Origin: Candidatus Poribacteria bacterium
GTDB taxonomy: Bacteria; Poribacteria; WGA-4E; WGA-3G
Reading direction: 5' to 3'
Assembly (NCBI GenBank): GCA_965198235.1
Contig: OZ240248.1
Coordinates: 1,088,001 to 1,152,000, forward strand
Length of the DNA stretch: 64,000 bases
The first letter of the stretch is position 1; each line of letters opens with the position of its first letter. The position numbers and the translations under genes were made by a program. The notes beneath the pieces were generated by a model, which was given only the letters and a program-made list of their open reading frames with translations, did no database searches and was not told the origin of the DNA. Positions 58,910 through 64,000 of the stretch are shown here, one piece after another.

Positions 58910-59680
58910 ATGAACGAAGAACGTAAAGGGCTCAAAGAAAAGATTACGAATTCCGACATTTGGCGCTCTATGTTCCGCCACGGATATGAAGATACGGGGC
59001 GCCGTTACACCTTACAGGTCCTCCAAAACGTCTGGTTGCATCTCCATCCTCCCCGGATTTCTCGGCACGCGCTGAACTTCCGATTCACATGGTGCATGGG
59101 CGGCATCACGTTCCTTATGTTTCTCGTGACAGCCGTCACTGGCGTACTCCTGATGTTCTACTACCGGCCAACAGCTGAATACGCGTTCCACGATGTCCAG
59201 TACCTCGAATTTGACATTCCGTTCGGGATGCTCCTGCGGAACATGCACCGCTGGTCGGCACACGGAATGGTTATCTCAGTGATGCTGCACATGTTCAGGG
59301 TTTTCTTGACCGGTTCCTATAAGAAACCTCGAGAATTCAATTGGGCAGTCGGGGTCATCTTGTTGCTTGTGACATTTTTCCTGAGTTTCACCGGCTATCT
59401 ATTGCCGTGGGATCAGTTGGCGTTTTGGGCTGTGACTGTCGGGACGAACATGGCACGTGCAACACCGGTTTTAGGGCATGAAGGCCCATTTGCCCCGCAA
59501 GACATCACACAATCCAACGATGTCCGATTCGCGCTGCTCGCGGGTACAATCGTAGGTCCCTCAACGTTGTTGAGGTTCTATATTTTACATTGTGTTGCGG
59601 TTCCCTTGTTGGCAAGCGTCCTGATGGCTTTGCATTTCTGGCGGGTCCGTAAAGATGGTGGTATCTCTGGACCTCTATAG
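58910..59680 (+). CDS. Cytochrome b N-terminal (b6-like) subunit
   Basis: WCMGG, RNMHRW, HMFRVF, GYLLPWDQ and RFY.LH. Confidence 0.92.
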   Translation: MNEERKGLKEKITNSDIWRSMFRHGYEDTGRRYTLQVLQNVWLHLHPPRISRHALNFRFTWCMGGITFLMFLVTAVTGVLLMFYYRPTAEYAFHDVQYLEFDIPFGMLLRNMHRWSAHGMVISVMLHMFRVFLTGSYKKPREFNWAVGVILLLVTFFLSFTGYLLPWDQLAFWAVTVGTNMARATPVLGHEGPFAPQDITQSNDVRFALLAGTIVGPSTLLRFYILHCVAVPLLASVLMALHFWRVRKDGGISGPL

Positions 59681-59769
59681 AGAATTATAGGAGCGGGTCT
59701 TTTGTATAGGCGGAACACAGTTGCTGTTAGCACGGGTCAGGAATCCGATCTTCAAAGGAGCAGAACAAT

Positions 59770-60636
59770 ATGGAGCATTTTATAGCACTGGTGACGAAGC
59801 CGGATAATGTCCCCATTGTTGCTATTCTCTTTTTGATACCTTATTTTATCTGGCTTTCATACCGGCAGGCACGCCAGACAGATAAAGCAGGGGTCCCCTC
59901 GGATGCCGCTCTTAACGATAAGGTTTACGTGTGGCCCTATCTGTGTCGGAATGAGTTTATCTGCGCTATTATTGTGATGCTCGTGCTCGGTGTATGGTCG
60001 ATTATGATTGATGCACCGCTTGAGGAACCGAGCGATCCAACGATGACACCGAACCCTTCTAAAGCACCGTGGTATTTCCTCGCACTGCAAGAGATGCTCG
60101 TTTATTTCGATCCGTGGGTCGCTGGCGTGGTACTCCCAGGACTGATTATCGCAGGCTTGATTGCTATTCCATACATTGACATTAATCCGAAGGGTAAGGG
60201 GTATTATACAATAAAAGAACGTCCCTTCGCGCTCGCAGTATTCACCTTTGGATTTATCATTTTATGGATCGTTTTGATGGTAGTCGGTACATTCCTGAGA
60301 GGTCCCGGATGGAACTTCTTCGCGCCTTGGGAAGCGTGGGATCCACATCTTGTTGTTCCACTGACAAACGTGAATTTATCGTATCTTTTCGGCATCCGCG
60401 ATGCGGATACTGCGAACTTCTTCGGGTTTGTTGTGGTTGCAGGCTATTTCGCTATCGGTCCCATCTTCTACTTATGGAAATGTAAAAGTAGCCATTTCTT
60501 GCAGGAGCTCGGTCTTGTCCGATATATCGTCGTTTCATTTCTGTTTCTAACTATGTTCGCATTGCCGATAAAAATGATGCTACGCGTAGTTTTAAATGTG
60601 AAATACATCTGGGTATCCCCGTGGTTCAACATTTAA
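59770..60636 (+). CDS. Cytochrome b C-terminal (subunit IV-like) protein
   Basis: TPNPSKAPWYF (PEWY equivalent), PYID and RP. Confidence 0.85.
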   Translation: MEHFIALVTKPDNVPIVAILFLIPYFIWLSYRQARQTDKAGVPSDAALNDKVYVWPYLCRNEFICAIIVMLVLGVWSIMIDAPLEEPSDPTMTPNPSKAPWYFLALQEMLVYFDPWVAGVVLPGLIIAGLIAIPYIDINPKGKGYYTIKERPFALAVFTFGFIILWIVLMVVGTFLRGPGWNFFAPWEAWDPHLVVPLTNVNLSYLFGIRDADTANFFGFVVVAGYFAIGPIFYLWKCKSSHFLQELGLVRYIVVSFLFLTMFALPIKMMLRVVLNVKYIWVSPWFNI

Positions 60637-60815
60637 AAATAGCAGTCAGCAGTCAGTCGTCAGCAAAAAGGTTTGTGAGAGTTCTAACGTCTTTCTTCTT
60701 AGCCTAGAAAACGTAAGCCCAACCAACGGGCCGGGCTGGCTTTACGAAAAGGAACGTCAAAGTCCAAACCCGCTTGAACGAACCGCAAGGAAAATTAGAA
60801 AAAGGAGAAAATTTC

Positions 60816-63800
60816 GTGAGGGACAAAAAGGAAATTCCTGCTGAGAGTAAGTCGTACTCTGCTTTGTTCTTTATTCTGTCCGGATTGTTAGGGCTGGTAA
60901 CCTTATGGGGATTCTGGAATGAGATGATTACCCGTCGTCCATGGAAGCAGATCCAGCAGCAATTTTATCAATATGAGTATGAAAAAACACACGCCGAATT
61001 GGAGAACGCAAAATTGGTGCTACCTGAACTTCCTACACTTCAAGAGCCTGACGCGAAAGAACTCGGAAGGTTAACGAAGGAGGTCAGGAATGCCCAAGTT
61101 TCCTTAGACGAAGCCTTACAGGAACGTAAGTTCCGACAGAGCGAGTCGGATGCGATTAACTATAAATATCAGCACAGCCTCCACGAAGCGAAGGGTAAAC
61201 ACAATGAGACTGTTGACAAGTGGCAGAAAAAGTTAGCAGATTTTGAATCCCAAATTGAAGGTGAACTCACCGAAGCCGTTTTGGGAGCGGAAGTTACCTT
61301 TGCAAACGCGAACAAAGCTTTGGCGCAGTTTTATCAAGCCAATGGAGACGCACAAAGTGCCCTGAGCACCTACCTCACCGCCCAGAAATATAACCCTACA
61401 GATACGGAAATTGCTGCCGGTATCACCGCCGCGCAAGCATCCCTTCAATCACTGCAAGCCGACGAAGCAAAATACGACGAAGTTACGCGTCTTGAAGAAA
61501 AACTACATTCGGTGGGAGGTATCAAGCGAACCTTCCTCGGCAGTCTTTTGGAAAATCCTTTCCGTGAAACACGAACCATCGTTCAATACTATCTTGAAGA
61601 CTTTGATTACACCGCAGACAGGTGTGCTACATGCCACTTCTCCGCTGATGGAGACGGGTACGAACGATCCGCGCAAGAGATGTTTGAGGTGGAAGGTGAT
61701 GGTGAAAATCCTGTTGTACATCGTCTCAAACACGCAAGCGTTAAGGTCGGTAGTGAGAATGTTATAATAGATGGATTTGACGCAGAAGCCGATGAATATA
61801 AATTGGAAGAAAACGGGACGCTTACCTTCAGTGACGTAGATGTCTTTGGTGAAATTGAAATCTCTTATGAGACCGGTTACCAGCCCGTCCTTCAAACGCA
61901 TCCCCATCGCGATGTCCTTCTCGCCAAACACCCGGTTGATAGATTTGGATGTACCCCATGCCACGGTGGGCAGGGTCAAGCACTCACAGCGAAAGCCGCT
62001 CACGCCTTGACGCACGCCGAGTACTGGCTCACCCCTGCACTCGGATTGGATGAACATACCGGTAGAACGTCCGAAAAGACGAAAGGATATATGGAATCTA
62101 ACTGTCGCCGCTGCCACGATGGCGTGATGATGTTAGATTACGGCGTGAACCCCGATACAGATGAACCCCAGGACTATGCACCGAATTTAACGAAGGGATT
62201 GGCAGTCTTTGAAGACCTTGGATGTCACGGATGTCATGCTGTTGAAGGGTATAGTGCACTCGAAAACATCGCCAAAGTTGGTCCATCACTTGCGAAAGTC
62301 GGCAGTAAGGTGAAAGATACAACGTGGCTTGAAAGTTGGATTAAGAAACCCGAAGCGTACCTGTCGAATACGACAATGCCGAATTTCTTCCCCGCCGATG
62401 GCATGACGCAGGTCGTCTACCTTAAAAACGGTGGAATACGTACCGGCCTTGTTACCAAAACAGCCGGGGGCATCGTCATTAAAGCGGACGATGGCGCAGA
62501 GTATCCCTACCCTGACAGTTATGTCCTTCGCATTGTTGATGAGGTGAAATCTATCGCAGCTTACCTCGCCGGGATGAACGATGTGGACTTGGATGAATCC
62601 AATGCGACTTATTCCGAATCTGAGCGCGCTATTAAAGCCGGTCAAGAGACGGTCAAGACCGTTGGTTGTCTGACGTGCCATGCTGTTGATGGCTTAGGCA
62701 GTGATTTTGCCCCGGCACTCGACAGTGTTGGCACTAAGGTTACAGCGAGTTACCTCCACCAATGGATTAGCGATCCAAAAGCGTACGACCCAGATACGAG
62801 TATGCCGAGTTTGCGGTTAAGCGCCAGCGAAGTTGACAACGTTGTCGCTTATCTGATGAGTTTGCAACAAGCAACGACCCACGCAGTTACCGAATCCATC
62901 GGTGAGGTGGATGTAGCGGAGGGTGAGACACTCGTCAGGACCTACGGATGTTTCGGTTGTCACACGATTCCCGGTTTTGAAGATGAGTCAAAGGTCGGTG
63001 CAGATCTCGGAGAATTCGGCGCGAAGACTACTGAGGAGTTTGATTTCGGCGACACAGTGGACATTGAACACAGTTGGACGGGGTGGACGCTCGGTAAGGT
63101 TACCAACCCACGACGTTATCAAACCCGCCGTATCGTTTCTCGAATGCCTCTTTTCCAAGTCAGCGACGAAGACGCGAAGGCACTTGCAGTGCTTTTGAAA
63201 AGTTTCCAACCCGAGAAGTATCCGCTGGGTTATATTCATAACCGATCCGAGAAATTGAACGACATTGATGCTGGTAGGCGATTGGTCAAAAAATATAACT
63301 GCACCGGATGCCACGAGATTGAAGGTGCCGGTGGCGATTATCAGGATGTTATCATCGCACACGAAGGGTTAAGTGAGATGATTGCCAAGCAGTTGGCACC
63401 GCCACCGTTGAAAGCGGAGGGCGCAAGGGTCTACCCAGACTGGTTATTTGCGTTCCTCAAAGAACCGTCAGAAATCCGCTACGGACTCAAGGTACGGATG
63501 CCGACATTCGGATTATCTGATGATGAAGCGACAACGCTGGTCAGGTACTTCTCCGCGCTTGATGATGAACCGTTCCCTTATGAAACGCTCGAAACGCCAA
63601 TACCGACGAGTGCTGAATTACGAGTCGGTAAGCAGATTTTTGATACACTTCAGTGTATCTCCTGTCACCCGGCAAAAGGTGAGACAATTCCTGAAGGAAG
63701 TGACAAGGCAGGACGACCAGATCTTGCGTTGGCGAAAGAGCGACTCAAGGCGGATTGGCTCATTGATTGGATGAAGGATCCGCAGACGTTCCAACCCGGA

Positions 63801-63929
63801 ACAGCGATGCCGCAAGCATGGCCCCTCGTTGGTGGGCAACACATGCCACTTGATGGCTATGCTGACGATGATGCTGAAAAACAAATTCGACTCGTCCGAG
63901 ATTACCTCATCTCCTTGGGACGTTTTTAA
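60816..63929 (+). CDS. Membrane-anchored octaheme cytochrome c of the bc complex
   Basis: Eight CxxCH motifs (CATCH, CTPCH, CRRCH, CHGCH, CLTCH, CFGCH, CTGCH, CISCH); N-terminal TM helix. Confidence 0.88.
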   Translation: MRDKKEIPAESKSYSALFFILSGLLGLVTLWGFWNEMITRRPWKQIQQQFYQYEYEKTHAELENAKLVLPELPTLQEPDAKELGRLTKEVRNAQVSLDEALQERKFRQSESDAINYKYQHSLHEAKGKHNETVDKWQKKLADFESQIEGELTEAVLGAEVTFANANKALAQFYQANGDAQSALSTYLTAQKYNPTDTEIAAGITAAQASLQSLQADEAKYDEVTRLEEKLHSVGGIKRTFLGSLLENPFRETRTIVQYYLEDFDYTADRCATCHFSADGDGYERSAQEMFEVEGDGENPVVHRLKHASVKVGSENVIIDGFDAEADEYKLEENGTLTFSDVDVFGEIEISYETGYQPVLQTHPHRDVLLAKHPVDRFGCTPCHGGQGQALTAKAAHALTHAEYWLTPALGLDEHTGRTSEKTKGYMESNCRRCHDGVMMLDYGVNPDTDEPQDYAPNLTKGLAVFEDLGCHGCHAVEGYSALENIAKVGPSLAKVGSKVKDTTWLESWIKKPEAYLSNTTMPNFFPADGMTQVVYLKNGGIRTGLVTKTAGGIVIKADDGAEYPYPDSYVLRIVDEVKSIAAYLAGMNDVDLDESNATYSESERAIKAGQETVKTVGCLTCHAVDGLGSDFAPALDSVGTKVTASYLHQWISDPKAYDPDTSMPSLRLSASEVDNVVAYLMSLQQATTHAVTESIGEVDVAEGETLVRTYGCFGCHTIPGFEDESKVGADLGEFGAKTTEEFDFGDTVDIEHSWTGWTLGKVTNPRRYQTRRIVSRMPLFQVSDEDAKALAVLLKSFQPEKYPLGYIHNRSEKLNDIDAGRRLVKKYNCTGCHEIEGAGGDYQDVIIAHEGLSEMIAKQLAPPPLKAEGARVYPDWLFAFLKEPSEIRYGLKVRMPTFGLSDDEATTLVRYFSALDDEPFPYETLETPIPTSAELRVGKQIFDTLQCISCHPAKGETIPEGSDKAGRPDLALAKERLKADWLIDWMKDPQTFQPGTAMPQAWPLVGGQHMPLDGYADDDAEKQIRLVRDYLISLGRF

Positions 63930-64000
63930 ACTATGGCCTCCTGGGCATCGTTTCACGATGGTTTCTGGTTAATTCTGTGCTGGGTTTGGGAACGCTTACA

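Noticed and set aside
1106-63956. Numerous 60-200 aa ORFs overlapping or antisense to the called genes
   Set aside because: Shadow frames of well-supported CDSs with no motifs of their own.

Overview
A 64-kb bacterial chromosome segment, most likely from Candidatus Poribacteria. This is an inference from a LamG protein ending in the AVEPxGKLTTxWGxIK motif, DUF6785-type and PhyH genes, tandem sulfatases and an ECF sigma factor fused to a transmembrane helix. Housekeeping genes include yajC-queA-ruvBAC-yebC, tyrS, rsmA, coaBC, gmk, rsmD and maf. Respiratory genes are cydAB and a Rieske/split cytochrome b/octaheme cytochrome c operon. Mobile DNA includes IS200/605 (degenerate tnpB), IS701 and IS982 elements, MITEs and many REP-like repeats. 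Three observations stand out and are not visible in the ORF track. (1) A 49-codon Tyr-rich leader ORF with alternative terminator/antiterminator hairpins lies upstream of tyrS, suggesting ribosome-mediated tyrosine attenuation. (2) Three consecutive in-frame ORFs form one exported two-domain peroxiredoxin, with UGA (probably selenocysteine) at both active sites, each followed by a SECIS-like hairpin. (3) Intergenic repeat families are inserted in frame inside maf, rsmA and a TRAP permease. No rRNA, tRNA or CRISPR array was seen.
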